Shown here: in pieces, positions 12,513 to 31,200 of the stretch | How positions within the stretch are numbered: the first letter of the stretch is position 1 | How the letters are laid out: every line of letters starts with the position of its first letter | Made by a program: the position numbers and the translations under genes | Assembly (NCBI GenBank): GCA_964016885.1 | Contig: OZ024744.1 | Coordinates: forward strand, 36,394,001 to 36,458,000 | Length of the DNA stretch: 64,000 bases | Source of the DNA: Eledone cirrhosa | Taxonomy: Eukaryota | Reading direction: 5' to 3' | The notes under the pieces: model-generated | The model's input: only the letters and a program-made list of their open reading frames with translations | What the model was told of the DNA's origin: nothing | The model's database searches: none

Positions 12513-12900
12513 GAGAGAGATATATATATAATAGAACAAATAACGAATACAGGGATGCAAAAACACAAAGCCTCATTAAGATCAGGCTTAAAAAAAGAGG
12601 AGGAATATTCGGTGCTTGGGGCGGAAGTCTTTCGAAGAAGATGGAGAGTTCGGAATGGAAGATAACAGGTTGGTACATGAAAGTTTGTAAAATGTTGTTA
12701 AGAAGGTTGGGGGTAGTAGGCGAGTAATACAGTATTCGGAAGTGCGGGCCAAAGTGGAGGATCCAGGTGATTCATAGGTGCTGGTATGTGTGTGTTGGCG
12801 ATGGAGTGAAATTGATATGTGTACATTATTGCTTCTGTCTGTCTGTGTGTCTCTACATGTGCGTATCTCTGAGTCTTATATTATTGGTGTGTGTGTACGT

Positions 12901-13250
12901 GACTTTTTGTATTGTTTCTATAAATGTGAGTGTGTACGTTTGTGTGTGTGTGTGTACATGACTTTTTGTATTGTTTCTATAAATGTGAGTGTGTACGTTT
13001 GTGTGTGTGTGTGTACATGACTTTTTGTATTGTTTCTATAAATGTGAGTGTGTACGTTTGTGTGTGTGTGTGTACGTGTACATGACTTTTTGTATTGTTT
13101 CTATAAATGTGAGTGTGTACGTTTGTGTGTGTGTGTACATGACTTTTTGTATTGTTTCTATAAATGTGAGTGTGTACGTTTGTGTGTGTGTGTGTACATG
13201 ACTTTTTGTATTGTTTCTATAAATGTGAGTGTGGACGTTTGTGTGTGTGT
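12901..13250. repeat. Minisatellite, six copies of a ~59-bp unit with a variable (TG)n
   Basis: GACTTTTTGTATTGTTTCTATAAATGTGAGTGTGTACGTT(TG)nTACAT repeated six times. Confidence 0.95.
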
Positions 13251-14398
13251 TTGTATTTTTACGTGTGTTGGGATTCTTTTGTCTTTTATGAGTGTATCTG
13301 TGTGCACGTACGTGTGCATTTTTTAATGTGTAGTTTTTTGTGTGTTAGTTTTCGTGTGAGTGAGTGTATATACTTATGTATGAGTGCATCCATGCATGTC
13401 TCCATGTGTGTGCTTCAGACTTTCTGTATCGTCTGTAGCAGAATTATTTTGTGTTTTATTTGTTTTTATATGTGTAAAGGCAAGTGTGTGTATGTTTATG
13501 TATGGTTGTGTCTGTTTGTGGGCATTTGTATATCAGAATATTCACGTGTATTACGAAGGTGTCCAAGCGAAGTGTGGTCAGGATGGTGGTCAGAGATAAA
13601 ATGGTCAAAGGGGAATCAAAAGGAGGAGGGGTAAGGGAGGTGGTAATGCACACGGGGCGGAAGTGGTTGGGGGGGGGGGGGCTGTGGTGATAGTGTGTGT
13701 GTGTGTGTGTATTTGTGGTACAGGGTTGAATGTTGTAGTAAAAAGAGGTTGTTTGTAGTATTAGATGGTAAAGTGGTTCGAGTGTGTGTGTGTGTACGGG
13801 TGGTAGAACAGTGGGGTGTGGAAATTGATAGGAGATAGTAGTGTTAGTGGTGGGATGTGTGGTACGTTAGTTAGTTAGTGGTGTATTTGAGCTTAGAGTT
13901 GAGTATTTATAGACTAAAACTCTATTGGGTGTCAATAAATTCCTGATATAGCTAACAACACATAGTCGATTACATTGGAAAGTAAACAAAACAAAATCTC
14001 ACCTCTGTCTAATCAGAAAGAAAATGCGCACGGAAATATTGAATAATACGCTCCTTGATTTAGCAATTAAGATAATAATTATGAAACTCGGTTAATGAAT
14101 CAGCGGTTTGACCTGGGAAGCTGATAAAAGTTCAAGCAAATATTCAATCACGCAGCCATATTGGATTCTTGAGGGCCTTGAGATTATTATTCGGAGAAAA
14201 ATCTACAAAAAAAAAAATTAATAAAAAAAACAAAAAAAAACGAAAGTAATTATTATATCTATTACATTAGAAAAAGTAATCAGTGGAAAGAAGTATTGTA
14301 ATGAATCTGATATTCGGGACGGTTCGTATCTATAATAATGATTATTATTGTATAAAAAAATGAAGATAATAACGATGAAGATGACGATGATAATTGTT

Positions 14399-14501
14399 AT
14401 TAACTTTGCCTTTCATCCTTATGGGGTCGGTAAAATAAGGTACCAGTAATGCAGTGGTGTCGATATAATCGACTTTCCCCTCCCCCCAAAATAGCTGGCC
14501 T
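14399..14501 (+). mobile_element. 5'-truncated SINE, longer variant
   Basis: Same central domain as 585-766 plus a GTCGATATAATCGAC hairpin segment; ends GCTGGCCT then (ATT)n. Confidence 0.75.
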
Positions 14502-14629
14502 ATTATTATTATTATTATTATCATCATCATCATAATTATTATTATTATTTTACGCATTAACACAGCATTGCCGAGCGCAGCTCTGTGCGCCTTGGATATA
14601 TGCAGTGTGGGTTTTCCTGATGCTGTTTC

Positions 14630-14736
14630 TCTTCTTCTTCTTCTTCTTCTTCTTCTTCTTCTTCTTCTTCTTCTTCTTCTTCTTCTTCTTCTTCTTCTTC
14701 TTCTTCTTCTTCTTCTTCTTCTTCTTCTTCTTCTTC
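14630..14736. repeat. (CTT)n microsatellite
   Basis: About 35 perfect CTT units; source of the spurious poly-K and poly-L ORFs. Confidence 0.98.
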
Positions 14737-14864
14737 AAATTATAAAGGCATACAATTAGGAAGATCATAAAATGATAATGTATTAAAAATAGAGTAAATT
14801 ACATATTATCAATATTATGAGAAATTTTATATCCCCCTCACACACACACATATGTATATATATA

Positions 14865-15446
14865 AACTTAAGAAAATTAACAAAGAATGGCAAGACAACA
14901 AACGGAAACAAGGCAAAACGAAAACAAAAAACTTTTTTAAGGGGAAACCTTAAAAGATATTTAAAAAAAAATAAAAATACAAACGAAGGACCCAAAACTT
15001 CAGGTCCTTCCAGGATCACAGCGTCTGACATAAGCCGAATGATGTCCAAAGGCGTGAGAGACGAGAAACAAAACATTAATTTATAGCAATTAAGCTACAA
15101 GTATACATAGAATTTTATGTGACAAGGAAAAAGTGTGGTGTCTCTTGTAGTACAAGATTCGTGACTGACACAAAGAAAAAAAAAAGGAAGCAAAAAGAAA
15201 GGAAAAAAAAAAATCAAAAAGGAGAAAGTAAGATATCCCGTTAAAAAAATGTAAGCCATTGAAATAAATAGTGGGAGAAGAGATAGCACGTTCTTCACAT
15301 TAGTATTGACAAACTTAAGAAAAATAACAAAAGACAAGAAAACGAACGGAAAGAAGGCAAAAGGGAAAACAATTTTTTAATGGGAAACATTAAAAAAAAA
15401 AAATAAATAAATAAAAGTACAAACGCAGGACACAAAACTCCAGGGT
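14865..15446. repeat. Two diverged ~140-bp direct repeats (14865-15006 and 15311-15446), unclassified
   Basis: AAACTTAAGAAAA...TTTTTTAA.GGGAAAC.TTAAAA...TACAAACG.AGGAC.CAAAACT.CAGG present in both. Confidence 0.6.
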
Positions 15447-15619
15447 CATTGGCCGTTGAGATGGACGTTGGCAATTTCGACGCCTCCCAACGGTAATATA
15501 TATATATATGTATGTATATATATATATGTAGGAGAAAGTATGACCCACTCTACTACCCTAAGTATTGAGTACTCTGGTGCGTTATGGTCCATCTGGTTCC
15601 TTACCACAACTCCTCCGTT

Positions 15620-15653
<34 letters not shown>

Positions 15654-15851
15654 ATATGTATATATATATATACATGTCCCCCACTCCCCACTCTCAAGCG
15701 TGAAACTAAAAACCATATCATTTGTACTGCCTCTGTTTTTTGTTCTCTGTTCATTTATTCAACTATATATATATGTATCTATACATACACACACACACAT
15801 ATATATACATACACACACACATATCTCTCTCTATATATATATATATATGTA

Positions 15852-15970
15852 TTAATATAGAAGAGATTCTACAGGACTAGAACTGTTTCATTCTTTAGAA
15901 ATCATCAGGATTCCTGATGATTTCTAAAGAATGAAACAGTTCTAGTCCTGTAGAATCTCTTCTATATTAA
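15852..15970. repeat. Perfect 59-bp-arm palindrome containing a hammerhead-like core
   Basis: 15852-15910 is the exact reverse complement of 15912-15970; each strand carries CTGATGA..GAAAC..GTC. Confidence 0.9.
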
Positions 15971-16364
15971 AACTTTTATACTCTGCTATGTATTGAGTAC
16001 CTTACTTACTGTGTTTACCTCCGATTCAACCCGGAATAACGTACCTTATATATATATGTATGTATACGTGAATGTGTTTGTGAGCATATAAAGAATTGTG
16101 TATCATAGGAATATATCTCTCCGATTTAAAAAAGCAAGCTTTAATGTTTAATCACGACACGACTTCTCGGACATCAAGTATATACTAACACATTTTATAT
16201 GCTAATCTACTGACTTAGGTACTGTTAGCGTGTAGTGTTAAAATACTTCGATATTTGTTTCGGCTCACTCCACTGCTAGTCCAAATCTCGCCGTGGTCAA
16301 GTTTTGTTTTCCTCCTTTCGAGATCGATATATAAACTGCTAGACCAATATTCACTCATTCTCCC

Positions 16365-16416
<52 letters not shown>

Positions 16417-17209
16417 CCCTATTTCTCTCTCCCCCTCTTTCTCTTTCCCGTTTCTCTACATCGCCGTCTCTCTGTTTCCCCCTTCCGTGCCTCACCCTCT
16501 CTCTCTTTCTTTCTATCTTTAGAAGAAATCGATTAGTTCTGCCTGGAGAAGCATGGACTGCGACAGGTGTAAAATATCCAAGACATACATTATGTAATAA
16601 CCGTGCCTCTACGACTCCATCAACAGTGAGGAGGCTGGCTGTGCTGTCTTGATCTTCTTGTATATCAAGTGTCTAAATACAAGTAGACACTACAAAAGTA
16701 GCGCGGTGAACGGAGGGCAAATTTAATCGATATAATTTTAATCTTTAGTGGTTTTAGATCAATTTAATGAGGTTTTGATTTGTCTACCTTTTTCAAAAAC
16801 CAGGGTTTAATCCTTAATAAAGTTATGTCGATTTAACTAGTTAAAAAATTGCACAAATACGAAAACTTTTTCACACGTGAGCAACGCATTGATGACCTCT
16901 ATTTTATTTTGTTTTTGTTTTTTTCCTCCATGAAAATTGGAGCTGTGATGATCAGGATTTTCTTGCTTTTCTAGAACACAATTGAAAGTTGCTTGCCAAA
17001 AATTACCTACCAATACATAATAGCCTATATTTATATCCTTCAGAAAACATACACATTCACTACATACTAGGTTCTCAGGCAACCTTCTTTTAATTGTGGT
17101 TTTCGCCCATCTTTAACAAATTTAAACTCTGCCTCAATACCAGAGCTTCATCAGATCGGGATTCAACCTGGTTTCTTTGGCGTTAAACGACTGAGAGTAC
17201 AAGGAACTC

Positions 17210-17405
17210 CTTTAGATTTAATCCTTGCCAATCGCAGGTTTATCCTTTCAGTTGCTGCTGGTACCGTTTCAGCTGAGCTGACTGGAACAGATGAGGTGAT
17301 ATGAAGTGAAGTATATTGTTCAACAATACAACGAACCACACTCTCCAGGAACTGAACCCACTATATACGATTGAGGGCTCAATACCGTAGCCACTAGCGT
17401 GCCTT
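17210..17405 (-). mobile_element. Degenerate tRNA-derived SINE of a second family
   Basis: Reverse strand: AGTGGCTACGG (A-box-like), GGTTCAGTTCC (B-box-like), then TTGAACAATATACTTCAC...CCAGTCAGCTCAGCTG, resembling a CORE-type body. Confidence 0.5.
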
Positions 17406-18006
17406 ATCTTCAACTACGAATAGATTGATATATTCTTCTGCAACACATCATAAAGAAGAATTGATTCATCTTTGAAGTACGAAAACTTCATTAAGGATTA
17501 TTTGAAGTTTTAATCATCCATCATCCTATTTTCGTTTTAATAAGTTTTATGGAAATGTATAAGGCGTATATTAAGATGAGTTATCTTATATTCATTAACT
17601 TTTATTTGTTTATATGTTTATACCAATATTCATGGTATTATATATGTTGAGATGTTTTCAAGAAAAATGTGAAGATAATGAATGCGCACGCAGAATATTG
17701 TTTGTTGTGACATTGTTTAAGCAATCATACAAGCAAGTAAACAATATGTATATATATGTGTGTGTGTATGTATACACACACACATATATATATATATATA
17801 TAGTTATGTAATAAACAACATCAGAAAATTATTTCATTTACCAGTGGTTTCTTGAAAGCAAATAAATCTGCTTTCAGTCGTCGGAATTGAAAAACATGGT
17901 GTTTTTATTAAATGTCGATTTGAAAACAAAAAATTATAAGAAATATTAAAGTGAGGCTGAGGAAACAACGAGCGAAGAAGAAAAGAAGAATTATATATAT
18001 ATATAA

Positions 18007-18129
<123 letters not shown>

Positions 18130-18440
18130 TATATATAAAAATAAATAAACAAACATATACACACTCCACCACGCGCATATACTTAGAAAATAAGCTGTCA
18201 CATAGGCGTATATGTATCAACTGGCATAGACAAATACATACATATACATGAAGTCAATATAATAATAAATAAATAAATGAATAAGAACAAAACATTTTTA
18301 ATGTCATAAATAAAAAAATAAAGAATGAAAAAATAACCCGTTGACAACGATAAGAGAGAGGAGAGGGGGAAACAAATAAAAATAAACAAACACTCTTGGT
18401 AAGTAATTGCACAAAATAATATATATATATATATACATAG

Positions 18441-19651
18441 TCATTAGTTAAGCAAAACAAGGCCACAAATTTCACAAGGAAGACGTTATTTAAAGAGTGT
18501 TAGCTTAGTTGTAGTTTAATGTAAGGAATAAGGAGTGTAATTATAGTTTAACATAAGGAATAATAATAATAATAATATCCGTTTACAATTGTTTCGCTAC
18601 TCCATATAATGTTTCTGAATCAAATGATTATAGATAATTATTGATCTGGTTCAGATGAAGATAAGAAACTTAGGTAAAAATTATGGAGGAGCTCTTCAGA
18701 ACTTCAAAAGAGATAATGAAAATATTGATAAAGATACGATGGAATAAGGAATATAAAGTAAGGTAAAGAAAGATGGTTACATCAATGTAATGTTCCATAT
18801 ATTGGTATTTCACGACGGTTTCCTGGGTCTATCTATTGTCTGCTATAGGCAAGCATTTTTCTTCTGTCGAGGCTGTATTAAGCGAGATCTGCCTATGCGT
18901 AACAAAATGGCCACCTAAGGACATATTTACCTTACTAATTAGAGACGGGATTCAAGGAAAGTAACTCCTTGAAAATTTAGAAATTGTAGGTATCACGACC
19001 TCAACCGATTAACGATTGAAAGGAGGTAACTATTATCTGTCAACATGGAAGGGCAAATTCCTTCGCCAACAGAATATTCGCCAAACATAGTCATCTAATC
19101 TCACTTTTACTCATAGCTAACATGTTAAATATTTAACCAAGACTGGGATAATTATAAGTTACCTCCCCTACACTGTCTCTCACTTAAACTCATTAGCACT
19201 TCTTCGCTATAAATCAACTACAATTTCTATATTTTCAAGGAGTTACTTCCCTTGAAACCCGTCTCTAATTAGTAAGGTAAATATGTCCTTAGGTGGCCAT
19301 TTTGTTACGCATAGGCAGATCTCGCTTAATACAGCCTCGACAGAAGAATAATGCTTGCCTATAGCAGACAATAGATAGACCCAGGACACAGTCGTGAAAT
19401 ACCAATATATGGAACATTAAATTCATGTAACCATCTTTCTTTACCTTACTTTATATTCCTTATTCCATCGTATCTTTATCAATATTTTCATTATCTCTTT
19501 TGAAGTTCTGAAGAGCCCCTCCATAATTTTTACCTAAGTTTCTTATCTTCATCTGAACCAGATCAATAATTATCTATAATCATTTGATCCAGAAACATTA
19601 TATGGAGTAGCGAAACAATTGTAAACGGACATTATTATTATTATTATTATT
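18441..19651. mobile_element. Non-autonomous foldback element with long inverted arms; distal right arm displaced to 26234-26333
   Basis: 18578-18989 is inverted at 19218-19629; (AAT)n on the left and (ATT)n on the right; 18441-18540 is inverted at 26234-26333. Confidence 0.85.
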
Positions 19652-24748
<5,097 letters not shown>

Positions 24749-24754
24749 GTTGTT

Positions 24755-25345
24755 ATACCTTGAATCTCAGTCATTGATGTTGGTTAACTGGAAAGTCCGT
24801 TGGAATGAATATCAAGCCACTACCTGCAGCCTCAGATATTCAGGACGTATCGGAGGGTTCTTGTTGTTCCAAGCAAGCATGCCTTTTGAAGCGTTCCAAA
24901 AAGCGTGAAGGGGCCGAATTTCTTTAACCATCCCTGGAAACTTTTGGAGATAGTCCCCAGTCCGCCTATGACAATCGGGATCACTTTGCCTTCATGGCAG
25001 TTCCAAATCCTTTTCACCTCCCACTTTAGGTCCTGGTATCGGTTAATTTTCTCCCTCTCCTTCTCTTGCACTCTCGTGTCGAAAGGGCAGGCCACATCCA
25101 CAATCAAACACGATCTTTTTTCTTTGTCCACAACCACCAGTTCAGGTCTATTGTGTTCCAGTTTTTTGTCCGTCTGTATCCTAAAATCCCACAGCACCTT
25201 CACCTGATTGTTCTCCATCACCGCCTCTGGCCTATGCTCATACCATTTCTCAGAATGTGGTAAATTGTTTACTTTGCACAGGTGCCAGTGGATCACCCTG
25301 CCCATCACATCGTGTCTCCAGCCCTTATAGTGGGTCTGGACTAGG
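24755..25345 (-). mobile_element. R4/Dong-like family B, 5'-truncated copy (RLE domain and 3' UTR)
   Basis: LWDFRIQTD..NRPELVV..IVDVACP..EKINRYQDL..PIVIGGLG; ATT arrays on both sides. Confidence 0.9.
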
Positions 25346-25377
25346 TTATTATTATTATTATTATTATTATTGTTGTT

Positions 25378-26233
25378 ATTCCTTGAATCTCACTCATTGA
25401 TGTTGGTTAACTGGAAAGTCCGTTGGATTGAATATCAAGCCACTGCCTGCAGCCTCAGATATTCAGGACGTATCGGAGGGTTCTTGCTGTTCCAAGCAAG
25501 CATGCCTTTCGAAGCGTTCCAAAAAGTGTGAAGGGGCCGATCTTCTTCAACCATCCCTGGAAACTTTTGGAGATAGTCCCCAGTGCGCCTATGACAATCG
25601 GGATCACTTTGACTTCATGGCAGTTCCAAATCCTTTTCACCTCCCACTTTAGGTCCTGGTATCGGTTAATTTTCTCCCTCTCCTTCTCTTGCACTCTCGT
25701 GTTGAAAGGGCAGGCCACATCCACAATCAGGCACGATCTTTTTTCTTTGTCCACAACCACCAGGTCAGGTCTATTGTGTTCCAGTTTTTTGTCCGTCTGT
25801 ATCCTAAAATCCCACAGCACCTTCACCTGATTGTTCTCCATCACCGCCTCTGGCCTATGCTCATACCATTTCTCAGAATGTGGTAAATTGTTTACTTTGC
25901 ACAGGTGCCAGTGGATCACCCTGCCCATCACATCGTGTCTGCAGCCCTTATAGTGGGTCTGGGCTAGGTGTTTACACTCGGACACAATGTGAGCCACAGT
26001 CTCCTCTCTCTCTCCACAGATCCTGCACAGTGGGCTAGCCTCCTCCTTGTAAATATGGTGCTTCAACCACTTCGTTTTGAGGGCCTGCTCCTGCGCAGCC
26101 ATTAGCATTCCTTCTGTAGCCTTTTTGAGGTCTCCTCTTCTCAACCAGTTCCATGTCTGTGGATCTCTAAATTCAGTTTTCTCAAAGAAGGTACTATGAA
26201 GGGATTTTCCCTTAAGGCTGCTCTTCCTCCTTG
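25378..26233 (-). mobile_element. R4/Dong-like family B, 5'-truncated copy (CCHC and RLE)
   Basis: AAQEQAL, CRICGEREETVAHIVSEC, RHD, NRPDLVV; near-identical to 24755-25345 and 63015-64000. Confidence 0.92.
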
Positions 26234-26518
26234 TTACACTCCTTATTCCTTACATTAAACTGCAAATATGTTGACACACTTTAAGTAACGCCTTCCTTGT
26301 AAAATTTGTGGTCTTGTTTTGCTTAACTAATGAATATTTCGAGCTCTGTGCACCTAATCTCTGCATGAACCCAGCCATCTAGCTGTCTTCCACTCCATAT
26401 TGCACATTGAGCCTTTACGCTTTTGGCTTCTAACGAATTCACCAATCTCTCTTCTCCTCTCCTATTTCCATCTCTCTCTTTAAGATTGGTTTACTCTTGA
26501 ACCGTGTATAAATATACC

Positions 26519-26549
<31 letters not shown>

Positions 26550-27300
26550 TGCACAAACATATACACACACATATATATATATATGTATATATATATACAG
26601 ACATATATATATATAAATATAAAGTGAAGATGGGCATTGTTTGGTGTTCCGAACTTGCATGCTACACCGTTCATCCAATTTTCATGAAACCTCACACATA
26701 TATAAAACTCAACACGTAGAGTGGAATAGGCTACTTGAAATTTTCGAAAAATCGATAATCGCGCCCTATGACAGAATGTTTTTCGATTCAAATGAAATTT
26801 TGTGTGAATTCGAACACAAGAACTCTTATTTTACATCTGGCGCAATAAAAATAAATTCCATATGCCCATATAAGGACGTGCGTTATTGATTGGACGGCCA
26901 GCTGCATGTCTTCCCAGCTGTCTCAGTAAACGACCGACCATTAAAGAGTTTATCTTTTCATATTCCACCTTATTCAAGTGGAAATACAGTATTATCCCTA
27001 TTCGAAAAGGGAACCAATTTAATGGTGTCTTTTGTGAGTAAATTTTCAAACAGTCTTAAATAATCATTCTTTTTGAAAAAAAAAATTATTAAATAATACG
27101 TTGACCAAGTTGTATCGTACACATACAAAGTTGTAAAAAATGTTACGTCCGTACCAATGTTTTCCTTTTTTAAACAAAAGGTTCTAAAAAATTACTTAAT
27201 TTATAATACTACTGTTACACTCTTTTGCACAGGAAGTGAGTAACATTTCGGGTGTTTAAACGTAAGTTCACCAGGGTTTGTGTCTTCATTATTAACCCAC

Positions 27301-27481
27301 GGTGGATTGGCAGTATCGGTAGAGAGTCGGACGCCATGCTTTCCAGCATAGTTACATCCCTTTACGATCTGAGTTCAAATCCCGCCGGGGTTGACTTTGC
27401 CTTTCATCCTTACGGGGTCGATAAAATAAAGTACCAGTAATGCACTGGGTAATTGCTGGCCTTGTGCCTAAAGTAGAAACA
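27301..27481 (+). mobile_element. tRNA-derived SINE, copy 2, with 13-bp TSD
   Basis: TSD ATTATTAACCCAC at 27288-27300 and 27482-27494; B-box GAGTTCAAATCCC. Confidence 0.9.
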
Positions 27482-27872
27482 ATTATTAACCCACATCTAA
27501 TGGCATTTTTTTGTTCTGCTTACGACTAAATGTTATGAGCGTATTTGCAATTAATTGCGCACACGTGCACACCTGCATGCAGATAGACACAGACAGCCAA
27601 TAAAAAATCGATAACTTGCTTATTAAGATATCGGTCAAAAAGAGAGATTGAATGTACTTTAGAACATTTTTTGAATATATTGTTCTTTTTGGCATGATAT
27701 GTCAGAAATATAGCTACTATACACTTTGGTTATTTTTTGTAACTAAAAAACGGTTCCTTTTGGGTGGATACTTAACGAGAAAAATCCTAGGGTTTTGGAC
27801 AAGTTTGTTTCAGGCGCTGTATAGACGCCTATTTTCTCACACCTTGGTCACGAATTCGTATTCTTTTCCAAT

Positions 27873-28131
27873 AGATATTTTCCGCTCTATAAGGCTCACC
27901 AGGATATAAGGCGTATCATTTAAAATCAGGTCCGCGCAACGGCGTGTAAGGCAGACCAGGAAAATGCTATCTTCTTTACTTTTAGTCTAGATCTATTACT
28001 TCTGTTAGAGCCATGATTGATTACCATTGTATTATTTATACATAAGGCTCACCGGAGTATAAAGCGCAGAGCTGTTTTTTTTATTAAATTTAATTATTTT
28101 AAGTGCAAATTATAGACCGGAAAATTCGGTA
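27873..28131. mobile_element. Degenerate MITE, probably TA-flanked Tc1/mariner-pogo type
   Basis: ATTTTCCGCTCTATAA at the left is inverted to TTATAGACCGGAAAAT at the right; internal ATAAGGCTCACC repeats. Confidence 0.55.
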
Positions 28132-28253
28132 AGTTATTGTAATCATATTTCCAAACCTTCCCATTCACCAGTAACCATGCTAACGAATCTGGTGTCACCT
28201 CTCTCTGTATTTAATCACCTCTCTCTAACCTAACAGCTTCGTTACACGTCGTT

Positions 28254-31200
28254 ATGCCCACACGGAAACGTTCAAGACTTACCTCCAAAAAAGGTACAGC
28301 TACTGCTTTGAGACAACGAATTAGGCGTTCTCAGGTATGAGTTCATTCACAATTGATTAATCCTTTATGCAATATTCTCCCTTAATGTTAGCAAGTACTG
28401 CGTTTATCCTAACTGTCACCACTGTTAAGCAACTACAACATTCTAATCGTAGTTATATTAAATTTATTGTCTTACCTTGATTCCCTTTTGTTCATGTTAG
28501 ACTTTTCTCATTTACTATTGACACTGCCATTGGCTTAGCTAACCAGTAGAATTAATTAATTTTCTCTAGCAAACACCTGCTGAGCGCGAATCTCGACTCG
28601 CTGATAGACGTCTTTCCCGGCTGGTTGAGTCACCAACATCACGTACGACAAGGCTTGCTGATGTTCGCCTTCGTCGCCAACATGCGCTGGCGGAGGAATC
28701 ACCAACATCCCGTCAGACAAGGCTTGCTGGGGTTCGCCTTCATCGTCAACAAGCACTTGCAGAGGAGTCCACGGCAGACAGAGACAACAGGCTTGCTGAT
28801 AAGCGTTCCCGGCATACGTTAACTACTACTACCAAGAGCACAGACTGGGTAAAAGCAGCCTTCAGATATAACCCCTCTGAGGATTACGGACTTCTGCCTA
28901 CAATTTCCATCGGTAAAATGGATAATGTCTGTACATCCTGCAACGCAATGAAGTGGCCAGGCGAGGCGCCTTCTATGTGTTGTGCAGGAGGTGAGGTGCA
29001 ACTAGGAGCATTGGCTGACCCGCCATACGTTCTTCTGAATCTACTTACAGGTGACGACACTACGGCTACAACGTTCCGCCGTAACATGTGGAAATACAAC
29101 TCCTGTTTCATGATGACCTCCTTTGGTGTAGACAATAACAACACCAACAACAGCGTGAACCCCAACAACAACGTTTTCACTACATTCAGACTTCAATGCC
29201 AATGCTACCATCGCATGGGTAGTCTACGTCCGCGTCCAAATGAAGAGCCAAAGTTTCTGCAGGTTTTCTTTTTGGGTGGAGGTGAGGCCGAGATTGACCA
29301 ACGCTGTAAGTTAAACGAGGGTGTAGATAGGCGAATAATAGCAGGTCTGCAGGCAATGCTCCATGTGACTCATCCCTACGTTCACGATTTCAAGTTTGCC
29401 TTGGGACAAATTGAAACCACGCCGAACCTCAAGGTGATTATAAGGGCTGACAGGCGACCAGCTGGCGAGCATGCCCGTCGTTTCAATGCACCAAATACCA
29501 ATGAGGTGACAGTGATTTTGGTTGGCGAGGAGCACGGTAAACGCGATATTGTCCTTCAGCACTGTGACAGTCGGCTGATGTTTGTCACAGAGACACATAG
29601 ATCTTATGATTGCCTTCAGTATCCTCTTTTATTCCCCCACGGAGAGGACGGATACAATTTTGCTCTTCGTCATGTAAATTATTCCAATGGTAGTGAATCA
29701 CGGAAATCCATTTCATGTATGGACTTTTATGCCTACCGCTTTATGGTAAGGAGTAGAGATTTTAATCAGCTTCTTCGATTCAGGCAGCTGACGAATCAAT
29801 ACATTGTGGATATGTTTGCCAAAATCGAGGCCGAACGTCTGCTCTTTATTCGACTCAACCAAAAGAAACTGCCTGCGGAGGAATACATCCATTTACAGGA
29901 CGCCCTGATTCGTGATGGCTATGCCGGAAACGTCGGACAACAGGTGATCCTTCCATCAAGTTTCACAGGATCCCCTCGGTATATGCACCAAAGAACTCAG
30001 GATGCAATGTCTTATGTTCCTAAGTTTGGCAGGCATGATCTTTTCATCACCCTCACTTGCAATCCAAAATAGGAGGAAATTCAAACCTACCTCTTCCGGG
30101 GCCAGGTGAGTAGTAACAGGCACGACCTCATAGCCAGAGTCTTCCAGCAGAAACTCAAGAAATTGATGTGGCTACTGAAAGACGGCAAAATATTTGGTGG
30201 TCTTAATGCATGGATGTATACCGTGTAGTGGCAGAAGCGGGGACTACCACATGCTCACATCCTTATATGGTGCAAGGACAGGATACGGCCAACATTATTT
30301 GCGCAGAACTGCCCAATCCGCAAACCGATGTGGAATTGTTCAAAACCGTGAACAAACAATTGATGCACGGACCCTGCGGCGCCCTTAACTTTAATTCACC
30401 TTGCATGGAGAATAACAAGTGCACTAAAATGTTTGCACGACCTTTTACACGGGAAACACGCACAGGGATCGACGGCTATCCTATCTGCACGGGCAGGAGA
30501 TTGTCCTCGACAACAGGTGGGTGGTACCATATAACCCTCTTCTTGCCAAGATTTTTAATGCTCACATCAATGTTGAGTCATGTACGTCGGTGAAGAGCAT
30601 TAAGTACATATGCAAGTACATAAACAAGGGAGGGGATATGGCTGTCATTGAACTCCAAGGTGGCAGGGCACAACCTGATGAGATACAGCAATATCAAATC
30701 GGCAGGTACATTTCATCCAATCAGGCGATTTGTAGGATTTTTGGTTTTGACATTCATCAGCGTTCACCAACAGTCGTAAACTTGAATATTCACTTGGAGA
30801 ATGGGCAAAGAGTGTACTATACTGACGAAACCGCCAGCCGCGTTGTGGCCAACCCACCTGCAACAAAATTAACGGCTTTCTTCCAATTGTGCCAAGAAGA
30901 TCCGTTTGCTAAAACGCTTCATTATGCCGACGTCCCAACCTACTACACCTGGGCACATAATAAATGGACCAGGCGCCGACAGGGAGCACGCGTTCACGTG
31001 AACGGAGAAGACGTTTTGAAAAGCGATGCCATCGGGAGGGTGTACACAGTGCATCCAAATTACCATGAGTACTTTTATTTACGTATGTTGCTGCACAGTG
31101 TTAGGGGTCCTACTTCTTTCACTGAGCTACGGCGCATCAATGGCAAACTCTGCACTACGTATAGGGAGGCATGTGCCAAACTTGGACTCTTGGAAGATGA

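Noticed and set aside
12901-13250. Regularly spaced repeats resembling a CRISPR array
   Set aside because: The spacers are only variable (TG)n, the context is eukaryotic, and there are no cas genes; it is a minisatellite.
16340-17120. Possible host promoter or exon after the (CT)n tract
   Set aside because: No ORF with recognisable motifs and no convincing splice pair.
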